DNA of 63,227 nucleotides, filler included, from 5 parts of 5 records of this genome joined end to end with filler, not necessarily neighbours in it, one strand, 5' to 3'. Counted from the whole stretch's first letter, positions 30,637 through 41,040 are shown. A program made the numbers and translations. The notes: generated by a model not told the origin, from the letters alone.

Positions 30637-31332
30637 ATGAAGCGACAAATGAAAACAAGTTATAGAATTTATAAGAATACAGTATTGGATAAAAAATTAT
30701 TATACTGGAATGATCCCGCATGGGAGAATGCCGAGATTGCAGAAATTGAGTATTTTCGTAAGGAAAGCTCAGATCATCATCCTGCAACAAAAGTTAAGAT
30801 CCAATATGATGAACATAACATATACATCCTTTTTAAGGTTGATGACAAATATATCCGTTCTATATACAAAAAATATAATTCAAAGGTAAACGAAGATAGC
30901 TGTGTTGAATGGTTCATACAACCGGCCGGTGTTATGGGATACTATAATTTTGAATTGAACGCCGGCGGTACCCTGCACGTGAATTATATTATCGATCCTG
31001 AAAGGGACATGAACGGCAAAAGAAAAAATATTCAAAGCATACCTGAAGATCATGCTAAACAGATTAAGGTCCAATCAACTCTTCCGCGGGTCATTGATCC
31101 TGAAAAAGTGGAACCCCTGACATGGAAACTGGGCATGATCATACCATTTACTTTTTTTGATCTATATACTCCAATAGAAAAGATAGATAGCTCGATCTGG
31201 CGGGGCAATTTATATAAATGCGGCGATAAGACCAGTCACCCACACTGGGGAAGCTGGCGTCCCGTATCAGCATTGAATTTCCACTTACCCGAATGCTTTG
31301 GAGAATTTGAGTTTTCTAAGTATCAAGGGTAG
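30637..31332 (+). CDS. Carbohydrate-binding family 9-like (DOMON-like) protein
   Basis: VNEDSCVEWFI, YYNFELNAGGT, WRGNLYKCGDKTSHPHWGSW, FHLPECFG. Confidence 0.85.
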   Translation: MKRQMKTSYRIYKNTVLDKKLLYWNDPAWENAEIAEIEYFRKESSDHHPATKVKIQYDEHNIYILFKVDDKYIRSIYKKYNSKVNEDSCVEWFIQPAGVMGYYNFELNAGGTLHVNYIIDPERDMNGKRKNIQSIPEDHAKQIKVQSTLPRVIDPEKVEPLTWKLGMIIPFTFFDLYTPIEKIDSSIWRGNLYKCGDKTSHPHWGSWRPVSALNFHLPECFGEFEFSKYQG

Positions 31333-31364
31333 ATCATTCTCAAAAAATATCAGGTAATACAATC

Positions 31365-32180
31365 TTGGCGAGAATGAACGCAAAGGATAAGAGAGCTATG
31401 AAAAAAATCATTACCGGAAATTTTAACGGAACTGCATTATTTATTGATATAAAGAATTTTCTTGGTATCAGTGATATGCTGTCTCCCCAAGAGACGTGCC
31501 AATTTATCTTTAGGGTTATTGAACCCTTGTCTGATTGTATTAATGATCATGGTGGTTATATCTGCCAAATACAAGGTGATGCCATCTTTGCCGTGTTCGG
31601 ATTAAAAGATAAATCTGAGGATCACGCAAAAAATGCCATTAATTGTGCCATATCAATGCAAATGATATTGGATAGCATGAATCCGGTAAAAATGGGTGAT
31701 ATTCGTATTCCTTTAGCAGCGAATATCGGTATTCGTTCCGGTGATTTGTACGCATGCCAAATAAAAGTCGTAGAACACAATGAATTTACGGTGCTGGGGA
31801 AGACCGCCAATTTAGCATCCCGCTACCAAAAAATGAATAAACATTATGATACGAATATCTTGATAGATGAAACGGTATTTGCTTATATTAAGAAGAATAT
31901 TGTTACCAGAAACTTGGACAAAGTTGAAATAGAGGGCTGCAGTACTCCGGTCAACCTGTATGAAGTTGTGTGTTTTCACTCCGGTAAGGAACATAATGAA
32001 ATACAGAAGACAATGAACTATAAGAAAGGACTGGCTTCCTATATGAACGAAGATTGGGATGAGGCTTTCCGTTGTTTTTCTCAGGTATCAGATAACAAAG
32101 TCAGTTCTTATATGATGGAGAGATGCACTTTACGAAAAGCTTTCATGGATTTCATCGATCCAGAAAAAACAAATAAATAA
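31365..32180 (+). CDS. Class III nucleotidyl cyclase domain protein with C-terminal TPR-like helices
   Basis: FIDIKNF, GDAIFAVFG, IGIRSG, TVLGKTANLASR. Confidence 0.88.
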   Translation: MARMNAKDKRAMKKIITGNFNGTALFIDIKNFLGISDMLSPQETCQFIFRVIEPLSDCINDHGGYICQIQGDAIFAVFGLKDKSEDHAKNAINCAISMQMILDSMNPVKMGDIRIPLAANIGIRSGDLYACQIKVVEHNEFTVLGKTANLASRYQKMNKHYDTNILIDETVFAYIKKNIVTRNLDKVEIEGCSTPVNLYEVVCFHSGKEHNEIQKTMNYKKGLASYMNEDWDEAFRCFSQVSDNKVSSYMMERCTLRKAFMDFIDPEKTNK

Positions 32181-32191
32181 TTGAGGTCTTT

Positions 32192-33370
32192 ATGGAATAC
32201 ATACTTTTTATTTCCGGCGTTGTTGCAGGAGCAGTGATCATTTATATTGTTTTTCAATTCATACAGAGAAAACATAGACGTGTGATCGAAGAACAAAGAA
32301 GATCAGTTCAGAAATTGGAAAATACGAATGCAAGGCTTGATACTGAAAATAAACTGATAAAGGAAAAAGCATCAGAAACTGAAGATATGCAGAAATCCCT
32401 CAGTGAGAAATTTGAAAATCTCGCCAATAAGATCTTTGATGAAAAGGATAAAAAAAGCACTGATAAGATTAAGCTGGTTCTCGAGCCTATCGAAAAAGAC
32501 ATTTCACAATTCAGAAAAAAGATCGAAGATCTGAATATGGGTACCAGCGACAGGATGACAAAGCTGACCACGCAGATCGAGGAATTGCAAAAATTGAATC
32601 AGGCGATAACCGAAGAAACCAGTAATCTTACTAAGGCCCTGAAAGGCGATGTGAAAAAACAGGGGAATTGGGGTGAGCTTATTTTAGAACGCCTTCTTGA
32701 AATGTCCGGTCTTAGAAAAGGCATAGAATATGAAACTCAATCCTCATTTACTGAAGAAGAAGGACGCAAGCAGCCGGACGTATTGATCAAACTACCCGAC
32801 AGCAAACATCTGATCATCGACTCTAAAGTTTCTTTGATCGATTATGAGAAATTGACGAAAACTGAAGATGTGGAAGAAATCAAAGTATACAAGAAATCAT
32901 TATTGGTATCGATCAAAAGACATATTGACGGACTACATGAAAAGCATTACCAGAACATTAAAGACCTTAATACTCCGAATTATGTTTTTATGTTCATTCC
33001 CATCGAAGGCATATTTGCCACTATTATGGAGGAAGATATATATCAGTATGCGATCGCCAAGAACGTGATGATGGTCAGTCCCTCCATTTTACTTGCATCA
33101 TTAAAAACCGTTTCCATGGTATGGCAGCAGGAAAATCAGACAAAAAATGCCATGAAGATCGCAAACGAGAGCAGTAAAATGCTGGATAAGTTCATTTCTT
33201 TCTATGAAGATTTTGAAAAGATCGGCAAACAAATGCAAACGGTGCAAAAAACCTACGATGATGCGGATAAAAAATTAAAAACCGGCCGTGGAAGTCTGGT
33301 TGGAAGAGCAAAAAAGATCCAGGATATGGGCGCCAATTCCAACAAGCAATTGCCGGAGCCGATAGAATAA
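32192..33370 (+). CDS. rmuC: DNA recombination protein RmuC
   Basis: N-terminal TM and coiled coil; QGNWGELILERLLE, QPDVLIKLP, IIDSKVSL, FMFIPIEG. Confidence 0.95.
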   Translation: MEYILFISGVVAGAVIIYIVFQFIQRKHRRVIEEQRRSVQKLENTNARLDTENKLIKEKASETEDMQKSLSEKFENLANKIFDEKDKKSTDKIKLVLEPIEKDISQFRKKIEDLNMGTSDRMTKLTTQIEELQKLNQAITEETSNLTKALKGDVKKQGNWGELILERLLEMSGLRKGIEYETQSSFTEEEGRKQPDVLIKLPDSKHLIIDSKVSLIDYEKLTKTEDVEEIKVYKKSLLVSIKRHIDGLHEKHYQNIKDLNTPNYVFMFIPIEGIFATIMEEDIYQYAIAKNVMMVSPSILLASLKTVSMVWQQENQTKNAMKIANESSKMLDKFISFYEDFEKIGKQMQTVQKTYDDADKKLKTGRGSLVGRAKKIQDMGANSNKQLPEPIE

Positions 33371-33433
33371 TTCAATTAATTTGTTAACAATGTGGGATTT
33401 TGCGGGTCTAATTATTGAGAAACAGGTTAGGGC

Positions 33434-33513
33434 ATGGTAAAAAAACGAGAATTCGAAAAGTGGGTGAAGGAATACCATGACCGTATCTACGCAACGATCT
33501 TTCACATTGTGGG
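33434..33513 (+). CDS. 5' end of probable ECF sigma factor
   Basis: MVKKREFEKWVKEYHDRIYATIFHIV resembles the start of sigma region 2; truncated by spacer. Confidence 0.55.
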
Positions 33514-33613
33514 NNNNNNNNNNNNNNNNNNNNNNNNNNNNNNNNNNNNNNNNNNNNTTAATTAATTAANNNNNNNNNNNNNNNNNNNNNNNNNNNNNNN
33601 NNNNNNNNNNNNN
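33514..33613. other. Artificial contig spacer
   Basis: N44-TTAATTAATTAA-N44. Confidence 0.98.
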
Positions 33614-33700
33614 TCCTATAAAGGCTGCTGCAACCCAAAGCATTATTAGAGCGCTGGAAGCAAGCATGATACCGGTGGTTATTTTTTTGGTTGTTGCCAT
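33614..33700 (-). CDS. 5' part of a membrane protein (truncated; absent from ORF track)
   Basis: AGGAGA RBS then MATTKKITTGIMLASSALIMLWVAAAFIG. Confidence 0.65.
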
Positions 33701-33741
33701 TTGTTGTTTCTCCTGTGGAATATTGTTGAATCAAGATCGAT

Positions 33742-33939
33742 TTACATACCAAATATTGCTGTAATGTAACCCTTGACCAGGTTACCGGTTCCGCTGCTTG
33801 CCAAGCCGCCAATAAGACATGCAAGTGCCCAAATTCCCACTAAACTTGCCATCGTCATCACTGCAATGAGTGAGAATTTTGAGGTTTCCTGAGTAATTTT
33901 TACCTTGGTTTCGTTTTTCTTCAGAACTTGAGTTGTCAT
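33742..33939 (-). CDS. Small membrane protein (65 aa)
   Basis: GAGGA RBS; hydrophobic LIAVMTMASLVGIWALACLIGGL; first gene behind a sigma54 promoter. Confidence 0.75.
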   Translation of the reverse strand: MTTQVLKKNETKVKITQETSKFSLIAVMTMASLVGIWALACLIGGLASSGTGNLVKGYITAIFGM

Positions 33940-33991
33940 GGCCTTTTCCTCTATATTAAGGGGATGGTAGGTGTTTCCTTTACCCTTAGGA

Positions 33992-34008
33992 TTGCAGCTG
34001 TGGTGCCA
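33992..34008 (-). promoter_or_regulatory. Sigma54 -24/-12 promoter
   Basis: Minus strand TGGCACCACAGCTGCAA with canonical GG-N10-GC spacing. Confidence 0.8.
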
Positions 34009-34107
34009 AAATAGAAAAGAGAACGGGAAAAGTTTAATTTTGCTTCTAATGTGCTGAAAATATAGAGGTTTTTTTAAGGGCTGATCATGGGGGAAGGATG
34101 GTGAGGG

Positions 34108-34192
34108 TGTGGCAAATGTGAGGTACGCTACAGGTTGAGCCGCAATTGTGTTGCGCTGATGTGTGGCACAAACTGTTGCGCCAAGTGTCGCA
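34108..34192. promoter_or_regulatory. Putative enhancer array (TGTNGCR repeats)
   Basis: TGTGGCA 34108, TGTTGCG 34149, TGTGGCA 34162, TGTTGCG 34174, TGTCGCA 34186; 100-185 bp upstream of the sigma54 promoter. Confidence 0.6.
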
Positions 34193-34227
34193 GCAGTTTG
34201 TGATGTTTCTTGTTTGTCCTGTAACTG

Positions 34228-36156
34228 TCAGTAGGGAAGGGATAAAGTTAATGTATGGGGGAGCTTTTCTTCTATCCCTTGGCGAATAAGGTCACCATGG
34301 TTTTGTTGCATTAATTGTGTGCAGTAATCCAGGGATGGCCAAATGGGATGATTTTGGAGCGTTGCAATATCCCATGTTTTAGTGGAGTTGGCATACTGGA
34401 TAAAAAGCTGTTGTTTGACTGAATCTTGAGAGCACGTTATTGAAATCGTTCTTTTGTTGCCGGTAGCATCCTGCAAAAGGGAAGTACGCCCAAGTTGGAG
34501 TATGGTAAGGGTAATCAGCCAGAGGGCATTTATCGGTATTTTTACGGTACAGTCGTCAGGGCAATTTATGATTAACTCAATGGACTCGCTTTGCAGTGGT
34601 TTTTTAAAAACAGCTGAAATTCCTTTGATAAATGTATTAAGCGTCGTGCCTGTTCCTGTGCTTTGATATTTACCTCCAGCAAGCAGCATGTTTGCAGCAA
34701 GTCGAGCGATCTTTTTTTCCTCTACCAGCATATTACCAAGAATTTTTACTGCCTCTGGGCGGGTTTTGACCTGTTCTGACAGGTCGATTAATTGCTGCGT
34801 GTAATTGATGGTCCCGTTTACAAGGTTGGTGATGCTGCTGGCAAATTCATTACAGACTGCTCCAGAGGCGGTATAGCAATAGCGTTGAAAGTGTTGCGGG
34901 GCTGCTATGGTTTCAGGTTGGGCCTGCAGCTCTTGTTGTCGATTGGCAAAAGAAAAGGTGTGATTAAGAATGGTGGACAAGAACTCAAGGTATTCGGGAG
35001 GGAAAGAATCCGTCAAAGGGCTGTAGATAGCGATTATAGCTTTAGAGTTGGCGCTGTGAAGTAACGGAAATGATATGCTGGTGCCGACCTGGTGGTATTG
35101 GTCGTCAAAGTCTCCAAGTTCAACAGGAAACGATGAAATATTGAATTGCTGCTCAACAACATGCTCTGTTTGTACACTCTGCCAGACTGGCTGGAAAATA
35201 TGACCATCTTTTTCACAATGAACAAGACTCTCTTTGAGAGCCTCCAGGCATACATTCCGAGAGACAGTGCTTTCACTGCAGCATGCTGGGAGTAGAACGT
35301 TGTTTTTGCTAAGACTACCTATCCAGACAAAGGTGAAATCAGGGTTAGTAATGAGTGCATCACAGATTCTTTGTTGTAACTGCTCTGTTGTCTGTTGTTT
35401 ACCAATACCTGCGGTTAGCGGTTTAAGGGAATCAACGACGTTTGATAAACGTTGCTGGGTTGCCATAACGCTGGATACTTTGACGGTCAGGTCATCTAAG
35501 GTATATTTTGCTTTTTGTTTATCTAAAGAGTTTTTATGGTCTTTAAAAGTAACATTTACCAGGCGACCGAGAGACGGGCCTATATATCGGCTAAGGGTAT
35601 AAAGGAGGGCGCAGGTAAGGACGAATAACAGGCCGAGGGTACCGATAATAATATTGTGCAGCCCTTGGAGAATCGCCTGGGTATAATCGCTGAGCGATAT
35701 CCGAAAGCTTTGCAGTCGGTTGTTAATGGTATTCAGTTGCTGGATGAGGGCAATCTTTTTTTCTTTCAATACTGACGGGTTATCCTGCATCATTTGTAAA
35801 TCGGCAACAAGGTCAACATAATCACCCCTTGAAACCAACCCGGTTTTAAGGGAATCGGCAACAAGAGTATTAGCTTTGAGATCACTTGTCATCGCATTGA
35901 GCTGTTCAAATTTTTCGCTTACCCTGGAGACATTAACCTGATTACTGCCAACTAATGATTCACTTAAATATTTTTGAAGAGCGGTGAACTCGAACAGAAG
36001 TTTGTCACTGGTGGCAACGGCATTGGTACACTGGCTGTAGAGCATATATTGGCGAGTACCAAGAGCAAGCACTCCCAACAGAAGTATAAGGATGCAGCCG
36101 GTGAGGATGGGGAAAATCCTTTTAATCGGCAATGAGGAAAAAAAAGAATAATACAT
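34228..36156 (-). CDS. Membrane GAF-domain histidine-kinase-like protein lacking the phospho-His (pseudokinase)
   Basis: Two TMs, GAF-like PDFTFVWIG, H-box equivalent FASSITNLVNGTINY, no N/G1/G2 boxes. Confidence 0.7.
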   Translation of the reverse strand: MYYSFFSSLPIKRIFPILTGCILILLLGVLALGTRQYMLYSQCTNAVATSDKLLFEFTALQKYLSESLVGSNQVNVSRVSEKFEQLNAMTSDLKANTLVADSLKTGLVSRGDYVDLVADLQMMQDNPSVLKEKKIALIQQLNTINNRLQSFRISLSDYTQAILQGLHNIIIGTLGLLFVLTCALLYTLSRYIGPSLGRLVNVTFKDHKNSLDKQKAKYTLDDLTVKVSSVMATQQRLSNVVDSLKPLTAGIGKQQTTEQLQQRICDALITNPDFTFVWIGSLSKNNVLLPACCSESTVSRNVCLEALKESLVHCEKDGHIFQPVWQSVQTEHVVEQQFNISSFPVELGDFDDQYHQVGTSISFPLLHSANSKAIIAIYSPLTDSFPPEYLEFLSTILNHTFSFANRQQELQAQPETIAAPQHFQRYCYTASGAVCNEFASSITNLVNGTINYTQQLIDLSEQVKTRPEAVKILGNMLVEEKKIARLAANMLLAGGKYQSTGTGTTLNTFIKGISAVFKKPLQSESIELIINCPDDCTVKIPINALWLITLTILQLGRTSLLQDATGNKRTISITCSQDSVKQQLFIQYANSTKTWDIATLQNHPIWPSLDYCTQLMQQNHGDLIRQGIEEKLPHTLTLSLPY

Positions 36157-36200
36157 GCTTGAAGAGTTTCCAGCGTTTCCGCATAGTTCAGGTTAACGAT

Positions 36201-36238
36201 AAAGCCCGGAACAGCAATTGTCTGTTCCGGGCTCTTTT
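36201..36238 (-). terminator. Hairpin/terminator after the NrfD-type gene
   Basis: 12-bp stem AGCCCGGAACAG / CTGTTCCGGGCT. Confidence 0.7.
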
Positions 36239-36260
36239 GTTTATGTAAACGATTTGTACA

Positions 36261-37514
36261 TTATTTATCACCCTTCCATTCGTATAGAATTGGAAGCCGG
36301 TAAAGGATGAAGCGATAGACCATGAAGTAAATAGCAAAGATCGTGCACGTGACCCAGACTTCCTGCCAGCGTGGTACTTCCTGGTAAAGTTGCCAGTTAA
36401 AACCAACAAGAGCTGTGTTGAGACGGTTCCAGATAATTCCAAGTACGCTGATAAAGGCTGCCAGGCGAACCAGGTTTGGCATATAGTTCTTCACGCCAAT
36501 GGTGAACATGAAGAATGGTAAAATGACACCAACAGCTATTTCCAGCATGAAGTAATTACCCCAACCGGTCAAGAGGTAAGCCCATTCATTGTCATGGGCG
36601 ATTCCGACCACCTTGATCACCAGATAGGTGATTATGGCATAAGAGCAACCTTTACCAAGTTTTACAGTCAGCTCATCTATATTGTTGAGGAAACGTTCGT
36701 CACATCTCCAGGTCATGAAGCGTTTGCACAGTGTACTGACGACAATAACCATTGAGAGGCCGGCAAAAATTGCCGAGCAGAAGAAGTGTATCCAGATAAA
36801 GTTTGTTGAGAGCCAGAGAGGGTGAACTTTTGTTGGAGCATAACAGAACAAGGCTCCAAGTGCACCTTGATGCAAGGTGGAGAGAATAATGCCGGCAATG
36901 GTCAGTCCTATGGTTATGGACTTGATGAACCGCTTACCTTTAAGCCAACCGATCCATTCAAAGTACGCAGGCAGGATCTCTGCTATCTGTACCGAGAGAT
37001 AGGTAGCAACATGCCAGGCGACTAAAAACAGGACGGCTGCAGGGCCAAGAGAGACAAACATGGGGTAGGGCAAACGCCAAGGCATGCCAAGGTCGACTGT
37101 CAGATAGATAACAGCGAAAAAGTAGCCAAGCAGGCCGTTTAGTAAAGCAAGTCTTTCAATTGGGACAAAATCCTTACGGCCAAATATTTCAACGGTGGTA
37201 CCCAGCAAAAAACCGGAAGCTGAAAGGGGGACCATACCAAACAGGCCGAAACCCAGGAAAAGTCCCCATGGATAATCATTTGAGCTGTGGGTGACGGTAT
37301 CTAGTCCAAAAAGAAAACGGATAATAATCAATGGAATACCGACCCCAAGCAGGACAAACAGAAACCAGTTAACAGGGTTTCTTTTAAGCATTGTCTTGTA
37401 TTCTTCAGGGGATAATCCTAAGAGGAACTTTTCTTTTATCAACCACAAGGTACCCTCATTGCGGTTATGGTCCACAATAGGTATTTCTTGGGCTGTTTTG
37501 ACCATGTTTTTCAT
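36261..37514 (-). CDS. NrfD/PsrC-family membrane subunit (HybB/HmcC-like)
   Basis: YPWGLFLGF, DLGMPWRL, LSTLHQGALGAL, KVHPLW, NRLNT. Confidence 0.9.
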   Translation of the reverse strand: MKNMVKTAQEIPIVDHNRNEGTLWLIKEKFLLGLSPEEYKTMLKRNPVNWFLFVLLGVGIPLIIIRFLFGLDTVTHSSNDYPWGLFLGFGLFGMVPLSASGFLLGTTVEIFGRKDFVPIERLALLNGLLGYFFAVIYLTVDLGMPWRLPYPMFVSLGPAAVLFLVAWHVATYLSVQIAEILPAYFEWIGWLKGKRFIKSITIGLTIAGIILSTLHQGALGALFCYAPTKVHPLWLSTNFIWIHFFCSAIFAGLSMVIVVSTLCKRFMTWRCDERFLNNIDELTVKLGKGCSYAIITYLVIKVVGIAHDNEWAYLLTGWGNYFMLEIAVGVILPFFMFTIGVKNYMPNLVRLAAFISVLGIIWNRLNTALVGFNWQLYQEVPRWQEVWVTCTIFAIYFMVYRFILYRLPILYEWKGDK

Positions 37515-38446
37515 TTTTCAGTTTCCCCCTCTGCCTGCTTCTGTTTTTTAATGCCATCTTTCCGTGTTGCCAGGAGATGTATACCTGCAAACAGGGCGGG
37601 CCAAATTGTTAAAACCATTGGTACAATTGAAAGAAAATCTTTTACAAAATTGAGAATAGGTTCTTTGGGAACCGAGGTGTCAAAGCCAACCTTTTCAAAA
37701 TCAACAGGAGACAGGTACATCCATGCTGTTCCACCTGCCTCATGTTCTCCGTAAATATGATCAACATACTGATCCTGGTTTCCGCGGATGCGCTGTCTGC
37801 CAATTTGAATGAGGTCATTGCGGTGACCGAATGTAAGGGCTTCCTGAGGACAGGCTTCTACACATGCAGGAGGCTGGCCGTTTTTGAGGCGGGTGTCGTA
37901 GCAGAAAATACATTTCATGATACGGGGGTTAAATGCGCTGGAATACCTGAAGGTCGGAATGTAAAACGGACAGGCAACCATGCAGGTTCTACAGCCAACA
38001 CATACTTTAGGGTCGTAAATGACAGCCCCTTCAGGTGTTTTGGTGTAGGCATTAACAAAGCATGATGTCAGGCAGGCAGGCTCCTGACAATGGTTGCATT
38101 GAATTTTTCGAAACAGGGGATGGTCTATTTCTGGGACATCGTATTTGTTGACTACGGTGTAACGTGTTTCATCGGTCCGCCGCTTCTGACCGTGATGCAT
38201 TTCATCGAAGACCGAAAAGTCGTTAAAGGGCTTTTGCGGTGTTGGAAGATTTTGTTCTTCATTACATGCAGCCTCGCAGCTTCTGCAGCCGACACATCTT
38301 GACAGATCGACCAGAACGCCCATGGATTCAGGATAACCTTCAAAATCCTTAGCCATGGCTTTTTGGGAGCGACCTACGGATACGGCAGCTGCAGATCCAG
38401 CGAGACTTCCTTTAAGAAAGGTTCTGCGATTAAGTAATTTTTTCAT
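37511..38446 (-). CDS. Tat-exported 4Fe-4S protein (HybA/HmcB-like)
   Basis: NRRTFLK Tat motif; CVGCRSCEAAC, CNHCQEPAC, CVGCRTCMVACP, CIFC...ACVEACP; IYGEHEAGGT; C-terminal TM. Confidence 0.92.
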   Translation of the reverse strand: MKKLLNRRTFLKGSLAGSAAAVSVGRSQKAMAKDFEGYPESMGVLVDLSRCVGCRSCEAACNEEQNLPTPQKPFNDFSVFDEMHHGQKRRTDETRYTVVNKYDVPEIDHPLFRKIQCNHCQEPACLTSCFVNAYTKTPEGAVIYDPKVCVGCRTCMVACPFYIPTFRYSSAFNPRIMKCIFCYDTRLKNGQPPACVEACPQEALTFGHRNDLIQIGRQRIRGNQDQYVDHIYGEHEAGGTAWMYLSPVDFEKVGFDTSVPKEPILNFVKDFLSIVPMVLTIWPALFAGIHLLATRKDGIKKQKQAEGETEK

Positions 38447-38489
38447 TGTTCATTACCACTGGTTGTATTTTCAGGACATCGCCTGCTCA

Positions 38490-39020
38490 TTATTCATGTG
38501 CGCCTTTTTCTGAGCCTTCATTGGGCGGGACAATTGATACCTGAAACATTTTTTTGCCTTTCTCAGTCATAGCGTGGCAGTCCTGGCATCCAGTTGGTCC
38601 ATCGACTTCCTCATGACAACCAACGCAGTTGAGGTGATAGGCACCCTTTAACCCTGGTTTGTCTATGTGGTACAATTCGGGGTTGCTTCTTTCCTTAAGA
38701 TCTTGAGGAGAAAACCTTTCAGCGCTGTGGCATTCACCACAGGAAACACTGTCCGCCTCTTCTGAATTGGCATGGCAACGCAAACAGTTAGGATCAACAG
38801 GCTGCTGACCGGTGGTATGATGATGGCATTCCACACACTCGGCTGCATCGACATGCATGGCATGGTCAAAAGAGACCGGTTCGTAGAGATTTGAGAGCAC
38901 ATCAATTTCTACGCTCTCTGGAGCATCTTCAGCATCCAGTGCAAATGATTGGTTAGGGGACAGGGCACCAATAGCCATCATTATCATGATGGATAGTGCT
39001 GCCGTGAGTGTACTGCGCAT
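38490..39020 (-). CDS. Cytochrome c3-family multiheme protein (five CxxCH)
   Basis: Signal peptide, PVSFDHAMH; CVECH, CLRCH, CGECH, CVGCH, CQDCH. Confidence 0.9.
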   Translation of the reverse strand: MRSTLTAALSIMIMMAIGALSPNQSFALDAEDAPESVEIDVLSNLYEPVSFDHAMHVDAAECVECHHHTTGQQPVDPNCLRCHANSEEADSVSCGECHSAERFSPQDLKERSNPELYHIDKPGLKGAYHLNCVGCHEEVDGPTGCQDCHAMTEKGKKMFQVSIVPPNEGSEKGAHE

Positions 39021-39070
39021 TGTTGTTCCTCCTGCTTTGTTTGATAAATATACAATTAAGAAGTTGACGA

Positions 39071-40891
39071 TTAACTCCTTTTTCCAGACAGCTCTAATTC
39101 GACTTTTCTTTCTCTTAGGTAACTGCGATAGACAATATCTACTTCCTCCGCATCCATGGTTTCGTTGATGAGAAGAGCTTCCGCAAATTTATGTAGAAAC
39201 TTGTTGTGTTTACGGAGAATTTTTTCTGATTCGTCGTAACATTCCGAAATAAGAAGTGTTATTTCGTTGTCGATTTTTTCTGCAGTCACTTCACTGTATG
39301 GTTTACTGCTGCTGCTCTGACTAAGAAAACTCTCGTTTTCCTGTCGGTAGGAAATAGGTCCAATGGACGTGCTCATACCCCATTCACAGATCAGGCGAGT
39401 GGCTATTTCGGTTGCCAAGCTGATATCGTTGCTGGCACCAGTTGTCAGGCGGTTGAAAACAAGGGTTTCTGCAACTCTACCGCCGAGAAGTGTTTTTATA
39501 CGGTTAACAAGGTATTCCCGCGAATAGGCGTGTTGATCATCAATGGGGAGATGCTGGGTGAGGCCCATGGCTCTGCCACGAGGGATAATAGTGATTTTGT
39601 GAAGTGGGTCAGTCTCATCCAGCATCATTCCGACAATCGCATGACCAGCCTCGTGGTAGGCTGTGACTCGTCGATTTTGTTCAGAGACAACAATACTTTT
39701 TCTTTCCAGGCCCATAATGATTTTGTCTTTTGCCTCTTCAAAATCAATCAATTCAACCCTTTTCTTGTTTTTTCTGCCGGCCATCAGGGCCGCCTCATTA
39801 ACAAGGTTGGCAATTTCTGCTCCGCTGAATCCTGGAATTGAACGAGCGATTGCCCCTAGATCGATGGTCTTATCTATGGCAATTTGATGTGCGTGTACCG
39901 CTAGGATTTTTGCCCGCCCTTTTACGTCGGGTAGAGCAATGGTGATCTGCCGATCAAACCGTCCTGGTCTTAGCAAGGCAGGGTCTAAAATGTCAGGACG
40001 ATTGGTTGCGGCAACAACGATAACTGCTTTGTCCGAGCTGAACCCGTCCATTTCCACTAGCAGCGCATTGAGGGTCTGCTCTCTTTCATCATTGCCTCCG
40101 CTGGCATTGCTTCCTGATCTTCTTCCGCCAATGGCATCTATTTCATCAATGAATATGATGCATGGGGCACTGCGTTTTGCTTCCGCAAAAAGATCGCGCA
40201 CCCTTGAAGCACCTACACCGACAAACATTTCTACGAAATCTGATCCGCCTAATGAGAAAAAAGACACTGCCGCTTCTCCGGCAATGGCTTTTGCAAGCAA
40301 GGTCTTTCCGGTACCCGGAGCACCTTGCAGTAAGACCCCTTTGGGAATCTTGGCCCCGAGTTGGCTGTATTTCTCAGGTTGTTTGAGAAATTCGACAATT
40401 TCAAGGAGTTCAACTTTGGCCTCAGCAATCCCGGCAACATCTTGAAAGGTAACTCGATCGCTTTTGACTGGCGTAAAACGGGACTGTTGACCAAGGTTGA
40501 ATGATGATGAGTTTCCCATGGACTTTCTGTTAAAGACCAACCATACCCCGTAGAGCATACTCATAGGGAGAAGGACTTTGAAAAAAGTGACAATCCCTTT
40601 TTCTGCTTCAGGCTCAGCAGAGATATGAATATTTTTTTCGAGAAGTTGAGGGAGAATTGATGAAATATCAGGAGAGTAGGAGCTGAATTTTTTTCCTGAA
40701 ACATATTCACCTGTCATCTGAGACCCGCGGAGATGAATGCTGGTGATTTCCCCTTGCTGCATGGCAGTAATAAATTCTGTATATGGCTGTTCTGGTGGTG
40801 TTGTTTCACGCAGGTAGACGTTGTATCCGAGAAGAACAAAGCATGCGATGGTAAGAATGAGAAGGCCAAGCTGTATTTGGTTTTTCATCAC
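39071..40891 (-). CDS. ftsH: ATP-dependent zinc metalloprotease FtsH
   Basis: Two TMs, [34 protein letters not shown]. Confidence 0.97.
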   Translation of the reverse strand: MMKNQIQLGLLILTIACFVLLGYNVYLRETTPPEQPYTEFITAMQQGEITSIHLRGSQMTGEYVSGKKFSSYSPDISSILPQLLEKNIHISAEPEAEKGIVTFFKVLLPMSMLYGVWLVFNRKSMGNSSSFNLGQQSRFTPVKSDRVTFQDVAGIAEAKVELLEIVEFLKQPEKYSQLGAKIPKGVLLQGAPGTGKTLLAKAIAGEAAVSFFSLGGSDFVEMFVGVGASRVRDLFAEAKRSAPCIIFIDEIDAIGGRRSGSNASGGNDEREQTLNALLVEMDGFSSDKAVIVVAATNRPDILDPALLRPGRFDRQITIALPDVKGRAKILAVHAHQIAIDKTIDLGAIARSIPGFSGAEIANLVNEAALMAGRKNKKRVELIDFEEAKDKIIMGLERKSIVVSEQNRRVTAYHEAGHAIVGMMLDETDPLHKITIIPRGRAMGLTQHLPIDDQHAYSREYLVNRIKTLLGGRVAETLVFNRLTTGASNDISLATEIATRLICEWGMSTSIGPISYRQENESFLSQSSSSKPYSEVTAEKIDNEITLLISECYDESEKILRKHNKFLHKFAEALLINETMDAEEVDIVYRSYLRERKVELELSGKRS

Positions 40892-41040
40892 GATTATCTG
40901 CTTTCTTACTACGTAAAAGATGAACAGGGGCTGTGAAGCTTACGTTTCACCCGGTAGTTTTGATACCTGCCTGTCAGATACATTTATGCTTAGAGGCATA
41001 AGGATGGTCGTCTGACTAGTCATTACAATTCAGAGAACTG

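Noticed and set aside
34108-34192. Periodic repeats considered as a CRISPR array or iterons
   Set aside because: Units are 7 bp with about 5-bp gaps and no cas or rep gene is present; better explained as regulator sites. No CRISPR array, tRNA or rRNA was recognised anywhere in the window
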